DNA of 64,000 nucleotides, taken from a virus. The DNA lies in IMG/VR virus record IMGVR_UViG_3300018080_000129, positions 1-64,000 of that record. One strand, written 5' to 3'. Below, one piece after another: positions 45,089-54,907 of the stretch (its first letter is position 1; the number at the start of each line of letters is the position of its first letter). Below the pieces are notes generated by a model, which made no database searches, was not told where the DNA came from, and was given only the letters and a program-made list of their open reading frames with translations. The translations under genes were made by a program, and so were the position numbers.

Positions 45089-46210
45089 TTACTTGAAGAC
45101 CGAACTCACGTCAGGAGCATCATCCCAAATCTTGCTAATGTCATTGGTGGACATATCGCTGGCAACCTTGACCTGCCCGCCGAGTGACTTAACGCCTTGT
45201 TTCTTTGCAGCCTTTTTGGACTTCTTGGAAGACATTTTGGTATTCTGGTTTTCGTCCTGCGCCTTTTCTTCTTCCTCATCCTGCGCCTTTTCTTCTTCCT
45301 CGTCCTGAGCCGTTTCTTCCTCTTCATCCTGCGAGAAGAGCTTGCCCAAGAGTTTTTCGGATTCGCTGCTGATTTCCTCGCTGCCTTCGGTGATGGAGTT
45401 AAGCTCGATGTCCATATCTACGCTGCTTTTCTTTTCTTCCTCTTCCTGAGCTTCTTCCCCAACATCCTCGTCCTTTTCAACAGCTTCGTCTTCGTCCTGA
45501 GACTTCTTCTTGGACGCTTCCTTCTTCTCTTCTTCGTCCTGAGCAGTCTCTTCTTCCTTCTTCTCTTCTTCATCCTGCGCGGTTTCTTCCTTCTTCTCTT
45601 CTTCGTCCTGAGCAGTCTCTTCTTCCTTCTTCTCTTCTTCGTCCTGAGACTTCTTGGACTTCACGCAGGCTTCTTCATCCTTATCTTCTTCATCTTGAGC
45701 GGTCTCTTCCTTCTTTTCCTCTTCGTCCTGCGCGGTTTCTTCCTTCTTCTCTTCTTCGTCCTGAGCAGTCTCTTCTTCCTTCTTCTCTTCTTCGTCCTGA
45801 GCCGTCTCTTCCTCTTCATCCTGCGAGTAGACGGTTTCGGTTTCAGAGAAGCGTTCCAGCGACTCATTCAGGCCTTTGTTGCCAAGCTTCATAAAGGTAC
45901 GGGCTTGGGCTTCGATAACGTCCTCATCCACCTTATCGCCAAGCAGCAGCACAGCCAGACGTACAGCCTTGGAAGCCGCAGCGCGAATGCTGGCGACGGT
46001 CGGAATACCAAAGCCGATTTCGTCGCGCTTTTCATTCTTCCACTCGTGACGCATGTCGGGGAGCGGATGATTCACGACTTCTTCCCAATTGTCATATTGG
46101 TCACGTTTTTTGAATTTGCGACCGGGCTGATTAACAGTGCCGGGATAAGGAGTGTCGTCTTCGACGGCTCTTCTACGCCGTCTCTGTGTCAGTCTGACTC
46201 TTCTTCCCAT
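45089..46210 (-). CDS. acidic scaffold-like protein with (A/S)QDEEE repeats
   Basis: Tandem EETAQDEEEKK repeats; position before decoration and capsid genes. Confidence 0.7.
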   Translation of the reverse strand: MGRRVRLTQRRRRRAVEDDTPYPGTVNQPGRKFKKRDQYDNWEEVVNHPLPDMRHEWKNEKRDEIGFGIPTVASIRAAASKAVRLAVLLLGDKVDEDVIEAQARTFMKLGNKGLNESLERFSETETVYSQDEEEETAQDEEEKKEEETAQDEEEKKEETAQDEEEKKEETAQDEEDKDEEACVKSKKSQDEEEKKEEETAQDEEEKKEETAQDEEEKKEEETAQDEEEKKEASKKKSQDEDEAVEKDEDVGEEAQEEEEKKSSVDMDIELNSITEGSEEISSESEKLLGKLFSQDEEEETAQDEEEEKAQDEEEEKAQDENQNTKMSSKKSKKAAKKQGVKSLGGQVKVASDMSTNDISKIWDDAPDVSSVFK

Positions 46211-46242
46211 TATCCAATCTCCTTTCACAAGAAACGAGTGTC

Positions 46243-46887
46243 CTACTTCCTCAGGCCGATACTCTTATCCAGAGCATCCGACAGTCTATCAATACGCAAA
46301 GCCAGCCGCTTGTCGCCTTTCTTCTCAAGATAGTCGGCAACTCTGTCCAGCCGTTGCGTGGCAACTTTGACACGGGCCACGAAAGCGTTTTTCGGCTCAA
46401 CGGTTTTCACCTTGGAGCCTGCCGCTTCTTCAACCTCATCGAGATAATCTTGAGTGATTTGGTCTTCAACACCGGGGGATTTTTCGCTGCTGCGCGTCTT
46501 GCGACGTTTTGCGGCTCTGTTCCGTGCGCTACTGATGATGTCTTCAGCTTCTTCCTCATCCTCGACTTCTTCAAGCTCTTGGCTAAGCTCTTCAATCTGA
46601 GAAACCAAGTCTTCGTCCTGACCGACTTCAATCTCTTCCTCTTCTTCGAATTCTTCGTCCTGCGCCTTGATTTCTTCCTCTTCGTCTTGGCCTAATTCGA
46701 TTTCGTCTTCCTCTTCTTCAAGTTCTTCGTCCTGTGCCGTGATTTCTTCCTCTTCTTCTTCTTGAGCCTCAAGTTCTTCTTCTTCGTCGTCTTGTGAGAG
46801 CCTTTTTTCCATTGCCTTGATTTCATGCAGCAGGGAGTCACGCTCATCTTCGTAACTCTCGGTGCTTCTCCGTCTTCTCGGTCTCAT
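46243..46887 (-). CDS. acidic scaffold/core-like protein
   Basis: xQDEE repeats and a C-terminal amphipathic helix. Confidence 0.65.
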   Translation of the reverse strand: MRPRRRRSTESYEDERDSLLHEIKAMEKRLSQDDEEEELEAQEEEEEEITAQDEELEEEEDEIELGQDEEEEIKAQDEEFEEEEEIEVGQDEDLVSQIEELSQELEEVEDEEEAEDIISSARNRAAKRRKTRSSEKSPGVEDQITQDYLDEVEEAAGSKVKTVEPKNAFVARVKVATQRLDRVADYLEKKGDKRLALRIDRLSDALDKSIGLRK

Positions 46888-46962
46888 TAAACTACCTCCT
46901 TTTGAACTGCGACAAACAAGAAAGAGACGAATATATTCCGTGTGGAGAAACTACGCTACCCA

Positions 46963-46996
46963 ATATAATAATGAAATGATAAAAAAATTGTTCAAA
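46963..46996 (-). promoter_or_regulatory. repeated AT-rich (late-type) promoter motif heading the capsid operon
   Basis: ACAATTTTTTTATCATT-N-ATTATTATA. Confidence 0.6.
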
Positions 46997-47087
46997 ATAA
47001 ATCACAGTGTAAAATACAATGTAAGTTGGTGTGAATAAACACTTTAATGTGTGGAAACCTGCCAAAAATTATCGGTGGCTGGTTTTT

Positions 47088-47546
47088 TTATTTGCAAATT
47101 TTCCTACGGCATCTTCGGCCTGTAAGTTCGTGCAGTTTCACGCCTTCCTGTGCTTCGTTCCACAGGAAGGCACGGTATCCCTCCTCAAGAATCAGCCGCA
47201 GGCCGCTACGAGTGTAGCCTTTTGCAATGGCGACACCTTCCACGTTGTTCCAATGTTTGGTTTGCTTTCCAACTGTCTTCAAAACCTCCACTGCTTTCTT
47301 GATTTGTCCGAGAACGATATGGTCAGCTTCCTCATGGCTCTTGAGTTCGAGAACATAGAGAGTCGTATCCTTCTCAGGACAGGCAAGATTCATCTTATCT
47401 TGGAAGACCAAATCCACACGGTCATCGGAGACAGGACAGACGGGATATTCTGTGCCGCGAATAAATATAGAATTCAACTTAAGAGCGTTTTGAAGAATGT
47501 GAGGATTGCGCCACAGGAGTGTGAGCATTCGCTCATGCTCGGTCAT
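47088..47546 (-). CDS. NucS-like PD-(D/E)XK nuclease domain protein
   Basis: EY...DRVDLVF...VLELKS...LGQI. Confidence 0.7.
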   Translation of the reverse strand: MTEHERMLTLLWRNPHILQNALKLNSIFIRGTEYPVCPVSDDRVDLVFQDKMNLACPEKDTTLYVLELKSHEEADHIVLGQIKKAVEVLKTVGKQTKHWNNVEGVAIAKGYTRSGLRLILEEGYRAFLWNEAQEGVKLHELTGRRCRRKICK

Positions 47547-47779
47547 TACAAACCAATCTCCTTAGGGTTAATTTTGAAACGAGCCATCGACTTCTTGATT
47601 GATTTCATCATGTCCGCATAAACATCCGGCATCGTCTTATGAATGTTGTATTTTTTGGCATCTTCCAACCATTTCTTTATGCCGCGAACATGCCCTTCTT
47701 TCGTGTCATAAGGGTCTGACACTGCTATCAATTCCTTTGCAATCCTCAATAATTCTCTTGCTACTTGCTTATTATTCAT
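47546..47779 (-). CDS. small protein with the VARELLRIAKELIA motif
   Basis: RBS GAGGAG. Confidence 0.7.
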   Translation of the reverse strand: MNNKQVARELLRIAKELIAVSDPYDTKEGHVRGIKKWLEDAKKYNIHKTMPDVYADMMKSIKKSMARFKINPKEIGL

Positions 47780-47790
47780 TGTTTTCTCCT

Positions 47791-48102
47791 CTATACATCC
47801 TCCGCACCATCGAACTCATCCAGCTTCTTCAATTCGGTATAGACAAAGTTCCGGTAATGCACATCCGTCTCGTCAATGGCATAAGAGAAATCGCCAAATG
47901 CGATGAACTCGTTCTGCCCGAACTGGTAATTCTTTACCGTTAGCGGCCTCTTACCGTTCTGCCGAGCGGCTGCATTGTGGTAAACCGCCACCATTATCAT
48001 TCCCTTGGCGTCTGTGTAAATCTGATTGGTTCCAATTATACGCCAGTAAGCTTCGGAATGAGTCACACCAAAATCGTCATCGTAAGAAAGCTGCAAAGCC
48101 AT
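47791..48102 (-). CDS. phage hypothetical protein
   Basis: DDFGV...AYWRI...Y.ELK...F.GAEDV. Confidence 0.65.
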   Translation of the reverse strand: MALQLSYDDDFGVTHSEAYWRIIGTNQIYTDAKGMIMVAVYHNAAARQNGKRPLTVKNYQFGQNEFIAFGDFSYAIDETDVHYRNFVYTELKKLDEFDGAEDV

Positions 48103-48115
48103 GTCCTTGTCTCCT

Positions 48116-50404
48116 CTAATAATGTCCGTAAAAGTCTGCGGCTACCCGTTTCGCCATTGCCTGCCTGCGAAGCCGTTTCATTTCCTTCAACGTCACGCGC
48201 AACGCAAGCATTCCACTTTTATCCGCTACTCTCATGTGCTCCAGATTCTCGAATATTTCCTCAATCGTCCTATTTGGAATTGCAAGAATGCTGGCAGCCT
48301 TTTTCTCGTCCTCAAGCTGGCTCACAAAATGATTCAGCACCGCTCCCTTGAAAGCTGGTTTGGCTACCCAGGAAGCTTCAATGAATCTGAGAGACTCAGG
48401 GTCGCCTACCAGTTTGCCAGTCGAATCCTTATACGTCCTGCCGCAAAGCTCCGCAACAATGCGCTTCTTGCCGTCCTTGTCCGTGTAATAAGAAAGAAGC
48501 TCCGTCTTCAAATGGATACAGGTATCATCGTTGTCGGTAAACTCTTTGCCACACTTCGAGCACGTCACAATATGGGCAAGGCAGTTTTCGGCTCCAATAC
48601 CGCCACCAACTGTCAGACTGTGTTCTTCTTCTACTTCAAGACAATACACATACATCTTCTCGTTTACATCACTTATAGGTCGAACCTGTTCCACCTTTTT
48701 GATTCGACACATTACAAAATCATCCGATAATTGTTTGTGGAAACGTTTGTGTATTTTCCTTGGGTCGCCATCTGCCCAACGAGTCGTATATGGCGTTACT
48801 TTGCAAACAACCGAAGAAGGCACCGTGATATAATGTGCGGCTCTGTGCGCAACAATTATATCGCCCTGTTTTGTTTCGTGTGCTTCGTTGACCTTCCAAG
48901 AATGATACACACCTATCCGAGTAAGCATTAAACTCAATTGGCTGGCAAGTTTTGGACTTACAGTGGCACCAACAAGCCGTCCACGATTCTTCTTATCCAA
49001 ACAACCATCGCCATCAAACCAAGCACCTACAAGCGCACGAATAGCTGGAAGAGGCCACGAAACTACATCTTCAGTAACTTCTTTACCCCAAGAATAATGA
49101 CCACCATGATTCTTAAACCAATTCACAACATCTTCATTCCAGGCCGTTCGAATTTGACATTGTTTTGATTTTTTCCGCACATACAAAGAAGCGTTGACGT
49201 TAAATTCCTCCTTCAACAATTTTTGCGTTTCTCTTGCAAGCGTTTCTCTTTCGTCAATACTATAAGAAAATTCAACACAACGATATTTTCCCTTCTGTTT
49301 TACAAGATTTCCTTCGGCAAGATATAATCCCAAAAGCCTTGCTTTACCTGTCGAAATACTCTCCGAAGAAATCTCGTACTTACAAGGCATTGTAAGAAAA
49401 TCGCCTTTTTCAAGTTTACATGCTTCTTTCCAACTGAATTTTGGTTTTAATGCTTCTTTTAATGCTGCTTGACGTTGTTGCTTTTTCTCTGGACTATATG
49501 TAATCATAGGATTAAGAATACGAAGTTGATGTCCAGAAAGAAATGCCGCTTGAATAGTTCTACGAGATTTTTCTGCATTGTCCTCTAAGGGCAAGCCACA
49601 ACCACAACTACATTCATCTCGTCTTGTCAACGCCCAAAACTTATGATTTCCAGTACAAATAATTGGGTCAGGCCTTCCATCTATCCAAATCTTATAAATA
49701 TCACCGAACCAATGCGTTTTAATAGGACGTGTTACTTCACGAGCAAAACCACGATGCGTAATGACCTTCTCGCCCTTTTCAACCGTCTCAATAGACTTTT
49801 GAGTTCCATCAGACATTGTAACTAATGTGCCTCTTTGAAAACAACCCATCGAAAGCGTGTCCATCTCGCTGGACTCTATCCTTCTTATGAGGTCAGAATG
49901 CCTGCGATTCGTAGCGACAAGAATGTCTACATACTTGACATTCGCCTTCTTGCCATTCTTACCGACATAGATAACAGGCCGGACAACGGCATCCAGAATT
50001 TTTCCCTTGGAAAGTTCTGGAACCTGAATATGTTCTTCATAGTTTTCCGCACCAATGAAAGAGCGAAAAGTGGCAAGAAGAACAGGCTCCGTCCAGCCAT
50101 TGCCATTGTTATTGATAAGCTCATCACAGGGAGGAATAATGCGATAGCCGTCATCTTCGACGTTGACCGAACTGATAATCGAACAATGAGTGAAAAGATA
50201 ATCGCTAAGATTATACTTGCTCCAGTCAACTTCTATCTTCCTATCGCTGGCAATGCGCATATTGCCTCTGGTGAGCGCAAGCCAGTCTCTTTCAGGATGC
50301 CGAAGAACCTGAACCACGGGCGCATTGATGTCAAAGGCCCGCGATTTCTGACTGGCAATCAGAAGACATTGGTTGGAAGTGCAGCGTCTTTGCATGTTAT
50401 TCAT
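48116..50404 (-). CDS. prohead protease with intein
   Basis: NNNGNGW, EEH...SKGKILDA, LSMG/C, CSKCG...CIH, FIEASWVAKPAFKGA. Confidence 0.75.
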   Translation of the reverse strand: MNNMQRRCTSNQCLLIASQKSRAFDINAPVVQVLRHPERDWLALTRGNMRIASDRKIEVDWSKYNLSDYLFTHCSIISSVNVEDDGYRIIPPCDELINNNGNGWTEPVLLATFRSFIGAENYEEHIQVPELSKGKILDAVVRPVIYVGKNGKKANVKYVDILVATNRRHSDLIRRIESSEMDTLSMGCFQRGTLVTMSDGTQKSIETVEKGEKVITHRGFAREVTRPIKTHWFGDIYKIWIDGRPDPIICTGNHKFWALTRRDECSCGCGLPLEDNAEKSRRTIQAAFLSGHQLRILNPMITYSPEKKQQRQAALKEALKPKFSWKEACKLEKGDFLTMPCKYEISSESISTGKARLLGLYLAEGNLVKQKGKYRCVEFSYSIDERETLARETQKLLKEEFNVNASLYVRKKSKQCQIRTAWNEDVVNWFKNHGGHYSWGKEVTEDVVSWPLPAIRALVGAWFDGDGCLDKKNRGRLVGATVSPKLASQLSLMLTRIGVYHSWKVNEAHETKQGDIIVAHRAAHYITVPSSVVCKVTPYTTRWADGDPRKIHKRFHKQLSDDFVMCRIKKVEQVRPISDVNEKMYVYCLEVEEEHSLTVGGGIGAENCLAHIVTCSKCGKEFTDNDDTCIHLKTELLSYYTDKDGKKRIVAELCGRTYKDSTGKLVGDPESLRFIEASWVAKPAFKGAVLNHFVSQLEDEKKAASILAIPNRTIEEIFENLEHMRVADKSGMLALRVTLKEMKRLRRQAMAKRVAADFYGHY
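48584..49843 (-). mobile_element. intein (420 aa) with LAGLIDADG domain in the protease
   Basis: CFQRGT...CTGNHKF...LGLYLAEG...WFDGDG...VYCLEV...GAEN/C. Confidence 0.9.
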
Positions 50405-51129
50405 CCCACATAAGCCACTACGTCATAACGAGATAGAGGCTCATCTATCGAACCCGCTCCTCCCGCCACGACCGTTCCATAAAGCTTGTTCTCCCTACCT
50501 CTATTATTCAGAAAGGGAATCTCGAATGTCCAGACCTTTCCGTTCGGCACACCTTGGTCATTGTGTCGGTACTCCGCGCTGGTTACGTAGGAAGGAATGT
50601 CGGCCTTCTCAAGAGCCTTCCAGACTCTTTGGATGCCTTGCCACGACTCATCACTGAAAATACCTCTGGAAACGCTACCAATGAGCCTGTTGACGATGCG
50701 TTTCGCCGTCTGCTTGCTTTTCCCATCAAGAGGATTCGGATTTTCTGCTGCTTTTTTCTGATACTTCTTGGGCAGAAGATGCTCGTACTTTCCTTCTTCC
50801 GCTTCCTCTTCAAATCTGCTTACGAGGTCTTTGGCAAGTTCTGTTCGCGTAGCCTTATCTGCCAATTCATGCCATTTCTGGCCTCTGATTTTGTTCTCTT
50901 CGACGTATTGTTTCGCAGCACGTTCGGTCAGATACATCATCAACTGGACGGCTCTTCTGGAGTCATAAACACCACGGGCCATCTTCGTGATGAGATTCTT
51001 GGCATACTCTTCCCACACCCTCTTGGGCATCTTTCCCCGAATGAAAGCATCGAGTTCGCCTACCATCGGCTTATCAACAGCCAAGATTTCTCGCGCTATC
51101 CTCAGCAGTTCACGCACGTGAAAATTCAT
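50401..51129 (-). CDS. hypothetical protein with the VRELLRIAREILA motif
   Basis: ATGA-coupled to the protease; start corrected. Confidence 0.7.
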   Translation of the reverse strand: MNFHVRELLRIAREILAVDKPMVGELDAFIRGKMPKRVWEEYAKNLITKMARGVYDSRRAVQLMMYLTERAAKQYVEENKIRGQKWHELADKATRTELAKDLVSRFEEEAEEGKYEHLLPKKYQKKAAENPNPLDGKSKQTAKRIVNRLIGSVSRGIFSDESWQGIQRVWKALEKADIPSYVTSAEYRHNDQGVPNGKVWTFEIPFLNNRGRENKLYGTVVAGGAGSIDEPLSRYDVVAYVG

Positions 51130-51145
51130 GTTCGAACTCCCGCTT

Positions 51146-51502
51146 TTAGGGCTGAAAAACATTGGCGGCAACCATATTGCTCATGTTGCCGTATTTTCTG
51201 TTGCCCGTGGCTGTAAAGAGCGTATCACAATAGCCTTTTTCGCAGGCATCTTGAACTGGAATCTTCATCAGGTCGCGTCCGATAATCGAAATCTGTTCCC
51301 CGATGAGTTCGACATTGTTCAGGGTGCCATTGTTCTGGCTGTTACGGGTAAGCGGTTCCTGCAACCAAGTGCGGCTGGTAAGCATGTTCGTCTTGAACGT
51401 GTTTGCCGCTGTCAGTTCAGCACCTGTTGCGGGATTGTAGCGCAGGGAACGGCCAACCGCATACACCCATCTGGCGTATTCCCAATTATCAATGCCCGTC
51501 AT
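51146..51502 (-). CDS. hypothetical protein
   Basis: Coupled ORF. Confidence 0.6.
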   Translation of the reverse strand: MTGIDNWEYARWVYAVGRSLRYNPATGAELTAANTFKTNMLTSRTWLQEPLTRNSQNNGTLNNVELIGEQISIIGRDLMKIPVQDACEKGYCDTLFTATGNRKYGNMSNMVAANVFQP

Positions 51503-51714
51503 TGAGACTCCTCCTTGTGATTTCCATTCGTTGCTTCAATCTTCTTTTCAAGCTTTTTCACACCCGAACGCAGTGACATTGCCGTGCCGCCGCCGAGAAT
51601 GACCAGCAGCGTTTGAAAAGTCGCATCGTCGATAATCCCGAAATGTTTCAAAACCGCCGCGACTATTACCAGCAATGCCAGAATGTAGGTTCGATAGCCT
51701 GAGAGCTTGTCCAT
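51499..51714 (-). CDS. holin-like protein with two transmembrane segments
   Basis: GYRTYILALLVIVAAVL...LLVILGGG; basic C-terminal tail. Confidence 0.6.
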   Translation of the reverse strand: MDKLSGYRTYILALLVIVAAVLKHFGIIDDATFQTLLVILGGGTAMSLRSGVKKLEKKIEATNGNHKEESQ

Positions 51715-51750
51715 GTTACACTCTCCCCACATCTTCGTGAGATGTGATTA

Positions 51751-52002
51751 CTAAGAACCAATCTTCGAGTTGTTGGAACCCGGATTGAACGCGCCGAGAA
51801 CGGGAACATTCCGGTTCGTGTTCTTGCCGACGTTTTCTGTTCCGAGATAGTCCTTGTCAATCGTCGGCTGCTTTCTGGCGGCTGCCGGATAAGTCGTAAA
51901 GACATTAGGCGGCAGTGCCACTGCGTTGTTTTTGAAGAATGCCAGTTCGTCTTCACGAACGCGACCGGCAATCACTTGCTGATACCTTCTGCTGTAAGCC
52001 AT
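51751..52002 (-). CDS. hypothetical protein, paralog of 23339-23557
   Basis: Shared N-terminal motif. Confidence 0.7.
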   Translation of the reverse strand: MAYSRRYQQVIAGRVREDELAFFKNNAVALPPNVFTTYPAAARKQPTIDKDYLGTENVGKNTNRNVPVLGAFNPGSNNSKIGS

Positions 52003-52067
52003 TTTCAAGCTCCTTTCACGTAATCAGAGAAAGAACAATATCACGCTTCATATTGTCCCAACTTACT

Positions 52068-52328
52068 TTAGTTAGGAACACCTTCCTTACGTTTCTTGAT
52101 ATAACCACACATCCGATGCGCGTTTTCCTGAGGAAAACCTTTTTCCTTCATAAAGTAGTTCACGCAGCCACCGAACTTGCTTGGCTTGCCTACGCCCGGA
52201 GCATTCTGGCTCTTGAACTCTTCGGGGCTTTTCATGTATCGCTTGTCAAACGCACCCTTGAGTTCTCTGGCTACGAGCAAATCCTTCGCGATAGCCAGAA
52301 GTGCTCTCGCCACTTTCACCCTGTCCAT
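52068..52328 (-). CDS. small protein with the VARALLAIAKDLL motif
   Basis: RBS GGAGG. Confidence 0.7.
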   Translation of the reverse strand: MDRVKVARALLAIAKDLLVARELKGAFDKRYMKSPEEFKSQNAPGVGKPSKFGGCVNYFMKEKGFPQENAHRMCGYIKKRKEGVPN

Positions 52329-52339
52329 TGTGCTTCCTC

Positions 52340-52648
52340 CTAATCTATTGAATCTACAGAACCTCTTCGGGTTTTGCACTCTGCTGTTACAACCAGCAGC
52401 TTATCTGTCGTTATCTTCCAGCCGCATTTGGGACAGATGTAGATTTTGTTCTTGCGCGTATAGGGCTGCAAATCCATTTCTTTCTTGCATCGGGGACAGT
52501 TCATAACACCAAGCTCATTCTCCGAGCGAGTTGTCCTGTAGATTCTGTCCCGCTCCGCATGATAAACAGCCCTGCGAGTGCGGAGACTGGCAAAACGGCC
52601 ACCAGAAAGCCTGTTGGTAAGTCTCTGAATTATTTCTCTCTCGTTCAT
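52340..52648 (-). CDS. zinc-ribbon protein
   Basis: CPRC...CPKCG. Confidence 0.65.
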   Translation of the reverse strand: MNEREIIQRLTNRLSGGRFASLRTRRAVYHAERDRIYRTTRSENELGVMNCPRCKKEMDLQPYTRKNKIYICPKCGWKITTDKLLVVTAECKTRRGSVDSID

Positions 52649-52655
52649 AAAGTCA

Positions 52656-53756
52656 TCAGCCAATATCTTCTGGCGGGTAGTCAAGAGCCTGCTTCACAGT
52701 AGAAAAGAACTCACTTACTTGGCTTACCGGCCCTTTTTTACTTTCGAATTGACCGAATTCTCCCTTGAATTCACCTGACTTCATTTTATCCATAAAACCT
52801 TTTATCTTCGATGTCCAAGGTGCCTTAACGTTCTTGAGGGCCTCGCCAAATTTCTCGAAATTCTTCTTTGTGGGAGACATCTTGGAAATACTCAAAAGCT
52901 TCTTGACATTCGGGTCTTTGTCTACTGTCGCATGTTCTTTCTTACGATGACCAAGAATGCTATCAAAGAAATCATCAGAAGCATCACTGAATTTTTCCTT
53001 CTTTTCAGGAGCCTTCTTTTCTTTTACCTTTTCCTTGACCTTCTCTTTCACCTTCTCCTTGGTCTCTCCCTCTCCTTTTGCGGGAGCTTCTGTCTTCCTG
53101 AACTTCGGCTTTATCTGAGTGCCAGGATGTTCCTTCTTGTATTTCTTCCACTCCTCTTGAGACCACTCATAATCAGGACTGTGCTCCTTCTGAGCATCCC
53201 TTCGGCTCTTCAAAGTTGCGAAACAAGAGCCTGTCTTGGGTTCCTGAACTCCAGCCTCTTCATAACTCTCATCATGCAGGTCATCTGCTAAATCCTGCAT
53301 GATGGAAAAGCCGCCGCCTCTCGGCTCATCCATTCCATGTGTCTCAGGGTCTCCCACATACTCATCCGTTGGAGCACCTTCTTCTTTTTCCTCCGTAGCC
53401 GCCAAAAACTTGCGTCCTCGGCCTGCCATGCGACGATTTCTGTAACCGTAAGTATCTTCAGTTCCGGCAGTCAATCTCTCTTGCAATTCCTTTCTAATTT
53501 CATCTTCGATGTCCAAGGCCAAAAGAACTTCTTCGGGGTCATGTTGTACGACAGGCCCGCCTCCCCACGCAACATAAACCTTGTTCTCTTTCGGTTCGAT
53601 TCTCCTGACGATTCCGTAGAAACTCGAATCGCCTTTGGAGGAAGCGACGAAAGGCTTTACTATATCATCTACTCTAAACGAGTAAATGATGCCAGAAGCC
53701 TCAGAACGAGAGTAACTGCTTCCTCGACGTATTCTCATTTTCCTTCTCCTTGACAA
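52656..53756 (-). CDS. hypothetical virion-associated protein
   Basis: SH3-like N-terminus; EWKKYKKEHP motif shared with 23601-24434. Confidence 0.65.
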   Translation of the reverse strand: MSRRRKMRIRRGSSYSRSEASGIIYSFRVDDIVKPFVASSKGDSSFYGIVRRIEPKENKVYVAWGGGPVVQHDPEEVLLALDIEDEIRKELQERLTAGTEDTYGYRNRRMAGRGRKFLAATEEKEEGAPTDEYVGDPETHGMDEPRGGGFSIMQDLADDLHDESYEEAGVQEPKTGSCFATLKSRRDAQKEHSPDYEWSQEEWKKYKKEHPGTQIKPKFRKTEAPAKGEGETKEKVKEKVKEKVKEKKAPEKKEKFSDASDDFFDSILGHRKKEHATVDKDPNVKKLLSISKMSPTKKNFEKFGEALKNVKAPWTSKIKGFMDKMKSGEFKGEFGQFESKKGPVSQVSEFFSTVKQALDYPPEDIG

Positions 53757-53769
53757 ATGCTTTCATACC

Positions 53770-53798
53770 ATATAAGGCATTTATCAAAAAATTATCAC
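53770..53798 (-). promoter_or_regulatory. repeated AT-rich (late-type) promoter motif
   Basis: GATAATTTTTTGATAAAT-N-TTATAT. Confidence 0.55.
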
Positions 53799-53801
53799 TC
53801 C

Positions 53802-54212
53802 TCAGGTAATTTCAACCGGATACTTCAGAACAGGATATTTCCTGTCTGTAATAGCTACATTCCTGATATTCCTCAATGCAAAACTCTTCACATGACGAGC
53901 CTTAACATCCTGAGCGTACAGCATTTTTCTCCTGCCAACCTTGAGCTTCCGATACCTCCAACTCATCGGAGCCACAATGTACTTTTTCAACTCTCCCGTG
54001 GTTGTCTTAACGTACTTGATGATAATCTGTCTTTCCCTGAGAGCCGCTTCGCGTATCGCCAGACGCTTATTGCGCATGGCATAAAGAGTGCCACGAACCT
54101 TTACTGGCCTCGTTCTGACTGGCTTTCTTCGAGCAGCTTTTGCTTCCTGTTGCTTGATGAAATCTGCCCGACTAATTCCTGTCTTGATGAATTCCTTGAT
54201 GTCGCGAGGCAT
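53802..54212 (-). CDS. WYL-like domain protein
   Basis: IIIKY...YIVAPMS...LYAQD...VKSFALRNI. Confidence 0.6.
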   Translation of the reverse strand: MPRDIKEFIKTGISRADFIKQQEAKAARRKPVRTRPVKVRGTLYAMRNKRLAIREAALRERQIIIKYVKTTTGELKKYIVAPMSWRYRKLKVGRRKMLYAQDVKARHVKSFALRNIRNVAITDRKYPVLKYPVEIT

Positions 54213-54232
54213 CTAAAACCCCATCTCATATT

Positions 54233-54535
54233 CTACGAGTCGTGACGATTTGCGTAAGCAGAAGCCATTGGCATTCCAACCTCCACCAGAATCTCCTCTT
54301 CGTTCATCCGCGTGTTTTCCTGATAATCATTCGCGTTCGGATTGGGAATCATGTCGGCAGTATTGGTAGACCATGATGCGCATTGCGTTCCGACATTCGT
54401 GTTCGGCCAATTATTATCCCAACGCATGAACCAGTAAAGTGCTCGGCAGTAACCTTTGTGAACGCAAGTGGTGCAGCCTTGCCCTTGCGGACGTTTCGTT
54501 GTTCCCGTCTCAGGGTAGGGAAATTCGAAGGTCAT
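54233..54535 (-). CDS. Cys-rich hypothetical protein
   Basis: CTTCVH..C...C. Confidence 0.6.
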   Translation of the reverse strand: MTFEFPYPETGTTKRPQGQGCTTCVHKGYCRALYWFMRWDNNWPNTNVGTQCASWSTNTADMIPNPNANDYQENTRMNEEEILVEVGMPMASAYANRHDS

Positions 54536-54783
54536 TCCTCAAACGCCTCCAAAGCCTTGGCTACGTCTGCGATGTAAGGAGCAATTGCTGTCTCCATCAA
54601 ATCCTTGACTTTTTCCAAGGCCTGCTTCTCCAATTCGTTTTCCGGCTTGACAAGAGACAGAGACTCATCAATCGCCAAAACAGATGCGATGATGTTATCG
54701 ACCGCTTCATCGACAATCACAAGCGGTTCTTTCTCCTCCTGCGCCAGTTCCGTCGCAATTTTCTCGGCATTATCTGCATCCAT
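54532..54783 (-). CDS. acidic helical hypothetical protein
   Basis: ORF after a promoter motif. Confidence 0.65.
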   Translation of the reverse strand: MDADNAEKIATELAQEEKEPLVIVDEAVDNIIASVLAIDESLSLVKPENELEKQALEKVKDLMETAIAPYIADVAKALEAFEE

Positions 54784-54816
54784 AATATTCCCTTTCGTAG
54801 ACTTTCAAGAGCCTAC

Positions 54817-54847
54817 AATATAATGGGAATATAAAAGAATTATCACA
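54817..54847 (-). promoter_or_regulatory. repeated AT-rich (late-type) promoter motif
   Basis: GATAATTCTTTTATATT-N-ATTATA. Confidence 0.6.
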
Positions 54848-54874
54848 AAAAAAGCCCTTGCAAAAGCAAGGGCT
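54847..54874 (-). terminator. intrinsic terminator
   Basis: AGCCCTTGC-TTTT-GCAAGGGCT followed by a U tract. Confidence 0.85.
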
Positions 54875-54907
54875 ACCGACAAACGACTACACCCGCAACA
54901 CGAGGGG

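Noticed and set aside
45197-46333. 378-aa hydrophobic plus-strand ORF
   Set aside because: Antisense translation of GAA/GAG/AAG-rich scaffold repeats
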